From: an uncultured Nitrososphaerales archaeon
GTDB taxonomy: Archaea; Thermoproteota; Nitrososphaeria; Nitrososphaerales; Nitrososphaeraceae
Assembly: GCA_963695855.1 (NCBI GenBank)
Contig: CAVOHZ010000010.1
Location: forward strand, 736,001 to 800,000
Length of the DNA stretch: 64,000 nucleotides
Direction: 5' to 3'
Under the pieces are notes generated by a model that saw nothing but the letters and a program-made list of their open reading frames with translations, was not told the origin of the DNA and did no database searches. A program made the position numbers and the translations under genes. Below are positions 20,889 to 30,384 of the stretch, piece by piece (positions within the stretch are counted from its first letter, which is position 1; each line of letters begins with the position of its first letter).

Positions 20889-20913
20889 TCGGGTTCAAAT
20901 CCCGACGGCCCCG
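20889..20913 (+). repeat. Orphan tRNA 3' fragment (T arm and acceptor strand), att-like
   Basis: TCGGG-TTCAAAT-CCCGA-CGGCCCC-G; no D arm or anticodon arm upstream. Confidence 0.8.
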
Positions 20914-21178
20914 TTTCAAATATGGTTCTATTTAATTCCGGAGTAGAAAGCGGTTGTCCGACACACTTTCTTCATTCCGAAAGCGCAAGTTGCCAATACG
21001 AAGTAGGTAAGTGTAATTATGATAAGTGCTTTATCTTTATTTACAATAGAAAATATTTAGAGGTATATTGAACTAATACACGATCGGAAAAATAATTAGA
21101 TTAACTATCCTCTTCTTTCTAGGAATAAATATATCATCTATTTATTTCATTTAGTATGTTGGTATGGCATGGCTTGGT

Positions 21179-21220
21179 TTGGAACCCTAATGCGATGCTC
21201 TAAGGTTATTCCTTGCACAC
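21179..21220 (+). repeat. attR-like copy of the rnpB 3' end preceded by the element-end motif
   Basis: GGTTATTCCTTGCACAC versus GGTTATTCCTAGCACAC (16/17). Confidence 0.72.
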
Positions 21221-21356
21221 TATCAATCCAAATGAACGTTCTCAGATCTATTTTTGATGATTAATTTCATGATGCTAAAATCTTATCAAATCATAAAGAT
21301 GTTTAGACCTGATGATATGATATTTAAGTTTGAACCATCAATCTTTTGATAAATAC

Positions 21357-21376
21357 TTATTGCCAGCACACTATTG
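21357..21376 (+). repeat. Further degenerate copy of the rnpB 3' end
   Basis: TTATTGCCAGCACACTATTG versus TTATTCCTAGCACACCATTG at 10731-10750 (17/20). Confidence 0.55.
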
Positions 21377-21607
21377 ATAACCAGCAAGTTCAATGTAGTT
21401 TGAGTAACCGTAGAAATCAAGGCTAAATATACTTGATTTGTAATTTCCATTTTTTAACTTGTTTTGTTATTTTATAATATTTTTATAACTAAAATTATAA
21501 ACAAGTTATGTTTAGATTTATAGAAAACAATTTCAATCTTTATAAAAAACCAGATATAAAATAAATATAGTCATGGATTAATATTTTCATGTTATTTCAA
21601 TATGGAA

Positions 21608-23377
21608 TTACTTTGTAACTATTAACATCAATACTATTATTCCAAATGTAACAGATAAGAATATCTTAGTCAAATCCATAGACTTATCCAAGGCTCTCGA
21701 ATAATCTTCAAATTGACCATTGCCCATAACTTTAATTGATGTTTTGCTGTCTAATATTTCGTATTTTGCATTTTTGATTTTTTCTTGTGCTTCAGATAAG
21801 ATTTCAATGAAATATTTTGTTGCGTCATCAAAACTTGTAATTTCTCCAAATGGAAAATATCCCTCGGAAGTCCTAAATCCTGAATTTTCATGCGTATCAG
21901 AGGTACAAATATCTAACAATGTAATGCCCTTTTGTTCAAGATCCTCAATAATATGTTCTCGCAATCCATTTTTCATATTATTTGAATCTATCCAACCAAT
22001 AAAATATTGTTTATCATGAATTTGAATCATAAATATCGATATTCCTGCTTTTCCTAAATCTTTATTATTTATGTCACTTTGGATTCCTCTTGTACTGGAA
22101 TAACTTATTTTAAACTCCGACTGAGGGGAATTTCTTAGATTTCTTAAGCAACTTTTTGCAGCATTTACCATATCATTTCTGCTTGTTTCCTCTAGTTTTT
22201 TCCCCATAGCATTATGGCTATCTACTATTAAAATCTTGTCAAAACCAATTTCTTTTGAATATTTCTCTAATTCAGCTAATATACTTTCTGGAACATCATC
22301 CATACCAACGGGTGAATTGGATAAAATTATAAGAGGTATATTTCCGAATGCAATTCCAGTACAAGTGGAACTTCCATTTGTTATCCTTATAGGAATGGAA
22401 CAAGTAGTTCCATTTTGGATTATATTATATGTTGATAAAGATTCTAAATATTTTACAACCTCTTCACTCGATGGAATATTTAACGAATGATCCGAAACAC
22501 TATGAAATACGATTGATTTATAATCATAGTATTCCCAAATTCTAAATGATAAATTACTTCCTCCTATTGTCTTGAACGGTCCAGGATGTATATCTGGTAA
22601 TACTAAATTTATATTTTCGAAATCATTCCCAAACCTAACAATTCTAGTAAATACCGATGCTTCTCTGGATTTAGAGATCAGAATCCTTTCAATATCTTCA
22701 ACTTTATTTTCTGTCCAGGCAGACATAAAAGCTTGTAAGAGAGAAAAAGTACTTTGAATATATGGACGACCTGATCTATCTACTAATATAGCCCACGCTA
22801 TCCCTAAACCTAATATAATGAAGCCAAAACAGATGGGAAGGGGGTCTGTCAGCCCCTTAAATGAATTTAACGGAGTTATGACAAATAATAAGAGGAATGG
22901 TTGATAGATTGCTGTTTTTATTGCTTTTTTTAGGCCTGCTCCAAAAACTGATGTAAATATACCTATTCTTAACCCAATTGCTACCATCATCCCTTCTATT
23001 ATATGTCCAATAGGAATATTGTCTTTGTTGAATATCATATAGGAAACTATACCCAGAACTAAAATTGCCATCCAAAGAAGATTTGAAAATGCTGAAACAT
23101 GGAGTATCTTGGAAAACTTGTTGACAGGCGTATCACGCAACAAATAAAAATCTAAAAAATAACTACAAATTAAAAAACTTAAACCCAATATAGAATAAAT
23201 GATAATATGAGCTGAATCCTGTAGGAAATAAATTTCTGTTAGTATAATAATTAACAGTGAGCTAATTATAGATATTATTAATGAAACCTTATAAGATGAA
23301 AAGTTTATTCTTGTGAAAGACCATCTTCTGTGGATATTAGAAACACTATCATGGTCCTCTCCCATTACTTGAGCCAC
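21608..23377 (-). CDS. DUF2070 family membrane protein
   Basis: Multi-TM N-half; IHPGPF..GGS, DSHN, DSNNM, TSDTH motifs. Confidence 0.85.
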   Translation of the reverse strand: MAQVMGEDHDSVSNIHRRWSFTRINFSSYKVSLIISIISSLLIIILTEIYFLQDSAHIIIYSILGLSFLICSYFLDFYLLRDTPVNKFSKILHVSAFSNLLWMAILVLGIVSYMIFNKDNIPIGHIIEGMMVAIGLRIGIFTSVFGAGLKKAIKTAIYQPFLLLFVITPLNSFKGLTDPLPICFGFIILGLGIAWAILVDRSGRPYIQSTFSLLQAFMSAWTENKVEDIERILISKSREASVFTRIVRFGNDFENINLVLPDIHPGPFKTIGGSNLSFRIWEYYDYKSIVFHSVSDHSLNIPSSEEVVKYLESLSTYNIIQNGTTCSIPIRITNGSSTCTGIAFGNIPLIILSNSPVGMDDVPESILAELEKYSKEIGFDKILIVDSHNAMGKKLEETSRNDMVNAAKSCLRNLRNSPQSEFKISYSSTRGIQSDINNKDLGKAGISIFMIQIHDKQYFIGWIDSNNMKNGLREHIIEDLEQKGITLLDICTSDTHENSGFRTSEGYFPFGEITSFDDATKYFIEILSEAQEKIKNAKYEILDSKTSIKVMGNGQFEDYSRALDKSMDLTKIFLSVTFGIIVLMLIVTK

Positions 23378-23379
23378 TA

Positions 23380-23547
23380 TTATACTGGAAATATGACTCT
23401 GATCAATATAGAAATTGCTATTAACCCTCCAGTAACCCCGAGAACTATTTCTGGTTTTACCTTGACTCCTTTAGTCTCATCCTCAAAAAATCTTAACAAT
23501 CCTGCGCTAGAAGCGGGTAATGGTGCATTCTTCTTTTTACTACTCAA
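23380..23547 (-). CDS. secG: Preprotein translocase subunit Sec61beta
   Basis: SSAGLLRFFEDE...KVKPE plus TM helix; TTG start inferred. Confidence 0.88.
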   Translation of the reverse strand: MSSKKKNAPLPASSAGLLRFFEDETKGVKVKPEIVLGVTGGLIAISILIRVIFPV

Positions 23548-23847
23548 TTCGATAAACTTCAGCACAGTATTACTTAAATACATATCGGTTTATCTAAAGA
23601 CTACTCGAGACTCGAATTTGAAATTATAGCTATATGATTTTGTTAGTCTTTTAAAAGATCCAAACTAAAACTAATATTTAGAATGTTTGAATGTTTGAAT
23701 AACCATTCGCAAGAAATTAAATATTTTCAATTTAGACTCTTGTTTCAGATTGCTTTATATACATAACCAATATGATAGATTTAGTATCTGCACTTTTTAC
23801 TTGGTAAGGCTTAATAAGAACATATGAAAAGAATAGGTAAATAAAAT

Positions 23848-24156
23848 ATGGCGGTTATTTGTAAAAAATGTGGATTACCTGATGATTTATGCCCTTGTGG
23901 TGAACTAGAAAAGGAAGAAACGAGAATCATAATCCGCCTAGAAACAAGGAGATTTTCAAAGACTACTACTTTGATTGAAGGAATTGATCCTAAAATAACC
24001 AATATGCAAAATATTGTAAAAGAATTAAAGAGCCAATTTGCTTGTGGCGGTACAGCAAAAGACGGGTTCATCATGTTACAGGGGGATCATAGAGATGATG
24101 TTAAAGGATATCTAATAAAAAAAGGATTTAATGAAGAGGCAATAGAAGTTCAATAA
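23848..24156 (+). CDS. Translation initiation factor SUI1 (aIF-1)
   Basis: CKKCGLPDDLCPC, LKSQFACGGT, LQGDHR. Confidence 0.93.
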   Translation: MAVICKKCGLPDDLCPCGELEKEETRIIIRLETRRFSKTTTLIEGIDPKITNMQNIVKELKSQFACGGTAKDGFIMLQGDHRDDVKGYLIKKGFNEEAIEVQ

Positions 24157-24298
24157 TTTGCGCAGTTGAAACAAAGAATTTTTATAGAAACGTCCATTTT
24201 ACAAAAATAGTTTATAAGCTATTATGGCAATATTTATATTGTAGAATAAAACATAAATAATACGGTTTAAGTTATTAAAAAGTTTTATGGTGAAATGA

Positions 24299-25213
24299 AT
24301 GGTTAAAGATATTTCGTTATTTGGTGATCGTTGTCCTAGATGTGGTAAAGGTCCGATGGTAACCGATAATTCCACAGGTGAAATGTTTTGCGGCAATTGT
24401 GGTTTTGTAATCAATGAAAGAATTGAGGAAACCGGACCTGAGTGGAGAGCTTTTTCTAAAGAAGAACATGAAGATAGAAGTAGGGCAGGAATTCCTACTT
24501 CCTTGGCGATGCATGATATGGGACTAGCCACAATAATAGGTCCTATAGACAAGGATGCATCTGGAAAACCATTATCTTCTTCTATGAAAAGCACCATTGA
24601 AAGGTTAAGAACTTGGGATAGTCGAAGTCAGGTACATGAACCGGTTGATCGTAACTTTAGACAGGCGTTCAGTGAGTTAGATCGATTGAAAGATAAATTA
24701 GCTGTTGGCGATGCTGTTATAGAAAAAGCAGCGTATGTGTATAGAAAAGCACTCGAAAAAGGGCTTGTTAGAGGAAGGTCGATTTCAGCATTAGTCGCAG
24801 CTGCATTATATGCTGCTTGTCGTGATACAGAAACGCCCAGGACTCTAAAAGATATAGCAAACGCTAGCAATATTAAGAAAAAAGATGTCGCTAGGTGTTA
24901 TAGATTATTAATCAGAGAGTTGGATTTACGCATGCCTGTTGTCGATCCGGTTAAATGTGTTGCCAGAATAGCAAGTAAGGCTGGATTATCAGAAAAAACA
25001 AAACGTAAGGCGTTAGAGATACTAAAGAAAGCAGAAGAAGGTAAGATATCAGCCGGTAAAGATCCTATGGGGCTAGCAGCTGCGGCTCTTTATGTAGCTT
25101 GTGTAATGAATGGTGAAAATAAGACCCAAAAAGATGTAGCAGAAGCAGCGGGTGTTACAGAAGTGACAATCAGAAATAGATACAAGGGATTAAAAACACA
25201 CTTAAAACTATAA
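24299..25213 (+). CDS. tfb: Transcription initiation factor IIB
   Basis: Zn ribbon CPRC...CGNCG, GPEWRAF, cyclin repeats, VTEVTIRNRYK. Confidence 0.97.
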   Translation: MVKDISLFGDRCPRCGKGPMVTDNSTGEMFCGNCGFVINERIEETGPEWRAFSKEEHEDRSRAGIPTSLAMHDMGLATIIGPIDKDASGKPLSSSMKSTIERLRTWDSRSQVHEPVDRNFRQAFSELDRLKDKLAVGDAVIEKAAYVYRKALEKGLVRGRSISALVAAALYAACRDTETPRTLKDIANASNIKKKDVARCYRLLIRELDLRMPVVDPVKCVARIASKAGLSEKTKRKALEILKKAEEGKISAGKDPMGLAAAALYVACVMNGENKTQKDVAEAAGVTEVTIRNRYKGLKTHLKL

Positions 25214-25274
25214 TTCTTATTTAATATGTTTTTTACGAAAATGTGGATATTTATGATGATGATTTAACATAGTT

Positions 25275-27650
25275 ATGATTATTCAAAAAATTGTAGTCCT
25301 TTTAATTCCAATTTTAGGTACCATAATACTTTCTTCCTTAAATTCTATTGATTCAAAACCTATTATAAAAGGTCCTTACATAGATGACGTCAAATTCATT
25401 CATTATCTTGATGAGAATGTTGCCTTAGAGGAAATAAAGTCTGGCAATCTAGATATGTATTATTTCCGTGTTCCCTTGGATTTGGTTCCCAGCATTCTTG
25501 CTGATGACGATATTAAATTATATGATAAAGTGTCTGGAACATTCGGTATTCTTCTAAATCCGGCACCGGCAGAAGATGGCAGTATTAATCCATTCCAATT
25601 CCGTGAAATAAGGTATGCTATGAATTTTTTAATTAATAGAAACTTTATTTCTAACGAAATATTGCAAGGATACGGTTTTCCATTATTTGATCCCTTTGGA
25701 CCGCTTTCTCCTGATTATCGTGTGGTAATGGATACTGTCGAATCATATGGTTTTCATTACGATCCCGAATTTGTTTCGAATATAATTGGAAAGGTTTTAC
25801 AACAAAATGGGGCATTTCTTGAAGACAAAAAATGGTATTTTAATGAAAAACCAATTACATTAAAAATTCTCATAAGAAGCGATGACCAACAAAGAAAAGT
25901 ACTTGGTGAATTGATATCATATGAACTCGAGAAGATGGGATTTACCGTGTTAAAAGATTATGGAGATCTAAACAAATCACTAAGAATCTTACAAAATACT
26001 AATCCACAAGATCTTCAATGGAATATATATACAGAGGCATTTACTAGTAACGCATTTTCTAGATATAACGAAGATATAGTCGCTCAGTTTTATGCGCCAT
26101 GGTATGCAAACATGCCGGGTTATCAAAATCCAGGATTCTGGCAATATCAAAATTCAACATTAGATTTTTTGACTCAAAAATTGGTTTTTTCAAACTTTAC
26201 CTCAGAGGGTGAAAGAAATATGTTATTAGAAGAAGCAACAAAGATGGGAATCGAGGAATCTGTACGAATATTTCTAGTAAAGAATATAGATCCTTTTGCT
26301 GCTTCATCCTCTGTTTCTGGATTAGTAAATGATTTTGGAGGAGGAATAGCTAACAAATATTCCTTATTTAACGCTAAATCCAACAAAACGAATTCTCTTG
26401 ATATAGGTGTTAAGCAAATCTATCAAGGAGCATGGAATACTATTGGGGGGTTCAGCGATACTTATAGTAGCAACATCTATTCAAATATAGCTGATAGTTC
26501 AATTCTCCGACATCCTTTTACAGGCGATGTTATATCTATGAGAAATGAGGTCGTAAATGTAACTACGAATGGACCATATAATAAACTTAAAGTCCATCCT
26601 GAAGCAATAATTTGGAATAGTTTCCACGGATGGATACATGCAGATCATAATTCTACTTCTCTAAGTAAGGTAATTAATAAGATACTTTATTCGAATTGGC
26701 ATCACGGGATTCCAATGGACAAATCCGATCTCCTTTATACTTTGTATTTTATGTTTGAATGGGGATCTAATTACGGTGCAGACGATCTTACACAAGATCC
26801 AGAATATACGTCACGTGTAGAAGTAAGTCTTCCTTTAATGAAGGGGATTCGATTTCTTTCTAATGATACTATAGAATCTTTTATTGATATATGGCATTAT
26901 GACAGCAAGGAAATAACAGGATATGCAGGATTGTGGCCACAGGAACCATGGGAAATTTCTGCTGCCACTGAAAGATTAGTCCTTTCAAATGTTCTTTCAT
27001 TTTCCAAATCTCAAGCTACTACAAAAAATGCAGAATGGTTATCGTTAATAATTCCAGGACATGCAAATTTGATAAAAAAAGAATTAATAAAAATGAAAAA
27101 TGAAAATTTTATTCCTTTACCATTAAAAAATATTGTAATTCTGGAAGAGGCAAAGAAAAGATATGATGCAAGCATAAAATGGATTGAAGATCATAAACAT
27201 GCTGTAATAAGCAACGGTCCATTTTTCTTGGACTCGTATAATCCAGCAGGAAGAACCATGGAAATAAAGGCATTCCGTGATCAGACCTATCCTTTTGAAC
27301 AGGGATATTGGTCACATCTAGAAAAACCAAAATCTATTCAGCTAACAAACTTTACAACTGACAAATTTATAAAAATCAGAGAAGAAAAAGTAATCGATTT
27401 TCAAGCTCTAGTTGATAATTCGCCTCAATCCAATATCTCCATTTATTACTTTCTTATTGATTATTCCGGGAAAATAGTGAATTCAGGGACGGCTAAAAAG
27501 ATCAACGATGTTGGATCTTTTCAAATTCAATTGCACAAAAATCTAACTGAAACATTAAGGCAAGGACCGCTTTCATTAAAAATATTTGCGAATACTAACG
27601 AAGCATTGAAACCATTCATTTCAAATAACCTCTACTTAGTCATTAAATAG
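25275..27650 (+). CDS. Peptide/nickel ABC substrate-binding protein (family 5)
   Basis: Signal peptide, NPF..REIRYAMN..INR, WHHG, ISNGPFFL. Confidence 0.8.
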   Translation: MIIQKIVVLLIPILGTIILSSLNSIDSKPIIKGPYIDDVKFIHYLDENVALEEIKSGNLDMYYFRVPLDLVPSILADDDIKLYDKVSGTFGILLNPAPAEDGSINPFQFREIRYAMNFLINRNFISNEILQGYGFPLFDPFGPLSPDYRVVMDTVESYGFHYDPEFVSNIIGKVLQQNGAFLEDKKWYFNEKPITLKILIRSDDQQRKVLGELISYELEKMGFTVLKDYGDLNKSLRILQNTNPQDLQWNIYTEAFTSNAFSRYNEDIVAQFYAPWYANMPGYQNPGFWQYQNSTLDFLTQKLVFSNFTSEGERNMLLEEATKMGIEESVRIFLVKNIDPFAASSSVSGLVNDFGGGIANKYSLFNAKSNKTNSLDIGVKQIYQGAWNTIGGFSDTYSSNIYSNIADSSILRHPFTGDVISMRNEVVNVTTNGPYNKLKVHPEAIIWNSFHGWIHADHNSTSLSKVINKILYSNWHHGIPMDKSDLLYTLYFMFEWGSNYGADDLTQDPEYTSRVEVSLPLMKGIRFLSNDTIESFIDIWHYDSKEITGYAGLWPQEPWEISAATERLVLSNVLSFSKSQATTKNAEWLSLIIPGHANLIKKELIKMKNENFIPLPLKNIVILEEAKKRYDASIKWIEDHKHAVISNGPFFLDSYNPAGRTMEIKAFRDQTYPFEQGYWSHLEKPKSIQLTNFTTDKFIKIREEKVIDFQALVDNSPQSNISIYYFLIDYSGKIVNSGTAKKINDVGSFQIQLHKNLTETLRQGPLSLKIFANTNEALKPFISNNLYLVIK

Positions 27651-27826
27651 TTTTACTAATCTTATATTTATATAGCTTTTTCTGATGCTCTCTTTTTATT
27701 TTTTTGTTTTTTATAATATTATTAATTTTTTATCATGAGATTATGTTGTCAATTATTAGAATATCAAACTATATCGATATCGATATTTTTATATTTTCAA
27801 GTTTTTATTACTTTACATTATATTCC

Positions 27827-28759
27827 ATGAGCTTTTCTATTGCTGTTCCTATATCTGTTTCAACGGCATATAGTCCTGGTCATATTACAGGTTTCTTTGA
27901 AAAACCACCCAATCACTTTAAAGATAATCCTCTTTCTGTTGGTTCTCAGGGTGCTGGTTTTTCAATAAAAAAAGGTGTTACAACTACTGTAGAATTATAT
28001 GAATCATCTAAAATGTCTTATGAAATTTTTATAAATGGTTTGATGGTAAAAAATGCTCCTGTATCTGATTGGATCGTTAGACGCTATATTGAAGAGTGCG
28101 ATTCTAATTTCTTGATAAAAATAAAACATCTCGTTGATATTCCCATTGGTTTTGGTTTGGGTACCAGTGGAGCTGGAGCGTTAAGCTTATCCTATGCACT
28201 TAATCAAGTTCTAGATACAAAGTTTAGTATCGAACAGGCCGCACAAATTGCTCATGTCGCAGAGTTACATTGTAAAACGGGTTTTGGTACTGTGCTCTCT
28301 GAATTTTATGGAGGAATAGAAATTAGAACTAGTTTTGGGGCACCAGGTATTGGAAAAGTCACTAAAATTGAGCCAAAAGATCATTTAGCTATAATTTTGT
28401 GTATCAATCCAATTTTTACAAAAAAAATTCTTCCTACGTATTCAAATAGAGCAAATATATTAGCTAGACAAATGGTGGACCAATTACTTGTTTCTAGGGA
28501 TCTCAAAGATTTTCTAAAATTTTCAAGAAAATTCGCTGATTTTCTAGGCCTAACTAAGGGTATTTGCGCCGCACCATTAAATGAACTTGCTAGTAATGGA
28601 ATATATTCGAGTGTAGCCCTTTTCGGTGAAACTATATTTACTTTGGTACCAAAGAATGAAGAAAAAAAAGTAAGTTCTATCTTAGGTAAATTTCAAGGAG
28701 TTCTGGTTGTTAGTGATATTGATACTAAAGGAGCGGTATTAAGAAATCGTGATCAATAA
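27827..28759 (+). CDS. Pantoate kinase (GHMP family)
   Basis: PGHITGFF, GSQGAG, PIGFGLGTSGA, AHVAE...TGFGTV; start moved to ATG 27827. Confidence 0.9.
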   Translation: MSFSIAVPISVSTAYSPGHITGFFEKPPNHFKDNPLSVGSQGAGFSIKKGVTTTVELYESSKMSYEIFINGLMVKNAPVSDWIVRRYIEECDSNFLIKIKHLVDIPIGFGLGTSGAGALSLSYALNQVLDTKFSIEQAAQIAHVAELHCKTGFGTVLSEFYGGIEIRTSFGAPGIGKVTKIEPKDHLAIILCINPIFTKKILPTYSNRANILARQMVDQLLVSRDLKDFLKFSRKFADFLGLTKGICAAPLNELASNGIYSSVALFGETIFTLVPKNEEKKVSSILGKFQGVLVVSDIDTKGAVLRNRDQ

Positions 28760-29513
28760 TCATATCCCGTCAAATCATCCTAGAGCAAAGTCTCTCTATA
28801 TTCGAAATTTACTTGTAACTGGTTTTAAATCTGGATTAGTGGTCCCAGAAGGATTAATGGCACATGGAAGAGGTGAAGCTTTTGATTACCTCATAGGAGA
28901 ACATACTTCTGTCTACGCATCACATGCCATTAAGGCCGCATCATCTCTATTATTATTGGCAGATCATGCGGTAATTTCGGTTAATGGAAATTCTGCAGCT
29001 TTATGTGCTAGGGAAATGGTAGAATTAGCTAATTATTCTAGTGCATTTTTAGAAGTGAATTTATTTTATAAGAGTCGTGATCGGGAATATCTTATTTCAG
29101 AAACACTAAAGAAGAATGGAGCTAATATTGTTCTTGGGCTAGATAAAAAGAATTCTATAGATATTACCGACCTAACTAGCTCAAGAAGACATGTGGATCT
29201 TGAAGGAATATACAAAGCAGATGTTGTATTAGTACCTTTAGAAGATGGGGATAGAACAAGTGCTTTAATCAAGATGAAGAAAAAAGTAATAACAATAGAT
29301 TTAAATCCTCTTTCAAGGACCGCCCAATCAGCCACTATCAGTATTATTGATAACATTGTGCGGGCTATGCCCTACCTCGTTGAAACAACAAAAAAAATAA
29401 AAAACATGAAAAAGAGCTCGCTTGAAAAAATCGTGGAAGAATATGATAATCAATATAATCTGGACAAGTCTATAAAATTAATACGTGAAAATGCAGGCTC
29501 AAAACTTAGATAA
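28749..29513 (+). CDS. Phosphopantothenate synthetase (archaeal)
   Basis: IPSNHPR, AHGRGEAFDYLIGE, SVNGN, VPLEDGDR, IDLNPLSRT. Confidence 0.95.
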   Translation: MINNHIPSNHPRAKSLYIRNLLVTGFKSGLVVPEGLMAHGRGEAFDYLIGEHTSVYASHAIKAASSLLLLADHAVISVNGNSAALCAREMVELANYSSAFLEVNLFYKSRDREYLISETLKKNGANIVLGLDKKNSIDITDLTSSRRHVDLEGIYKADVVLVPLEDGDRTSALIKMKKKVITIDLNPLSRTAQSATISIIDNIVRAMPYLVETTKKIKNMKKSSLEKIVEEYDNQYNLDKSIKLIRENAGSKLR

Positions 29514-30366
29514 TGGTACTGATAAAAATAGATCAAGAAAATTAACAGTTACTGAGTTCATTTTAATGAAGAATAGAGAAAAAATTTCGATGGTTACTTC
29601 TTATGATTATTGGAGTTCGAAAATATGTGATAAAGCAGGAATAGATGTCTTGCTGGTTGGAGATAGTGCAGGCATGGTAATGCTTGGATATGATTCTACT
29701 GTCCCAGTTAGGATGAAAGAAATGTTGTTATTTACAAGAGCAGTAGCACGTGGTACAAAAAGAGGGCTAATTGTATCCGATATGCCACTTGGATCATATC
29801 AAACAGATACTATGCATGCTATAAGAAATGCAATAAGATTTATCAAAGCTGGTAGCGACGCCGTGAAATTAGAGGGCGGTGTTGAGGTCGCAGACAAAAT
29901 AAAGGCAATTGTCAACTGTGGAATTCCAGTTTTGGGTCACATTGGATTGAAACCACAAACAGCAAAACTCTGGGAGGGATATAAAGTCCAAGGTAATACA
30001 TGCGCTTCTGCTTCTGATCTTATTAAGGATGCAAAAGAGCTGGAAAAAGCTGGGGTTTTTGGAATAGTTCTTGAATTGGTAACATCGGAGATATCGAAAT
30101 TAATTTCAAAAAATGTAAGAATTCCAACAATAGGAATAGGTTCAGGGCCTTATTGTGATGGCCAGGTTCTTGTACTTCATGACATGTTGGGTTTATATGA
30201 TGATATTAAACCTCGGTTCGTGAAAAATTATACTTATATGTCCAAGCATATTTTTCAAGCAACACAGAATTACATAAATGAAGTAAAAACAGGAGTTTTT
30301 CCAGAAGACAAACATACTTTTCATATGAAAAAAGATGAATATAATAAATTAAAAGCGGGAAAATAA
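29485..30366 (+). CDS. panB: Ketopantoate hydroxymethyltransferase
   Basis: LLVGDS, AVKLEGG, GHIGLKPQ, IGIGSG..CDGQVLV. Confidence 0.96.
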   Translation: MKMQAQNLDNGTDKNRSRKLTVTEFILMKNREKISMVTSYDYWSSKICDKAGIDVLLVGDSAGMVMLGYDSTVPVRMKEMLLFTRAVARGTKRGLIVSDMPLGSYQTDTMHAIRNAIRFIKAGSDAVKLEGGVEVADKIKAIVNCGIPVLGHIGLKPQTAKLWEGYKVQGNTCASASDLIKDAKELEKAGVFGIVLELVTSEISKLISKNVRIPTIGIGSGPYCDGQVLVLHDMLGLYDDIKPRFVKNYTYMSKHIFQATQNYINEVKTGVFPEDKHTFHMKKDEYNKLKAGK

Positions 30367-30384
30367 ATCATGTAATACTATAAA

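Larger units (their letters stand above)
10729..21376. mobile_element. Composite integrated island at the rnpB 3' end (integrase remnant, terminase module, IS5, cargo)
   Basis: Bounded by copies of the rnpB 3' end; integrase fragment first; many small ORFs and pseudogenes; housekeeping genes resume at DUF2070. Confidence 0.8.

Noticed and set aside
20850-20913. Complete or split tRNA gene
   Set aside because: No D arm, anticodon arm or 5' acceptor strand upstream; better read as an att remnant
27704-27826. Hydrophobic N-terminal extension on pantoate kinase (similar cases for ssb and secG)
   Set aside because: Translation of T-rich intergenic DNA; downstream starts match family lengths
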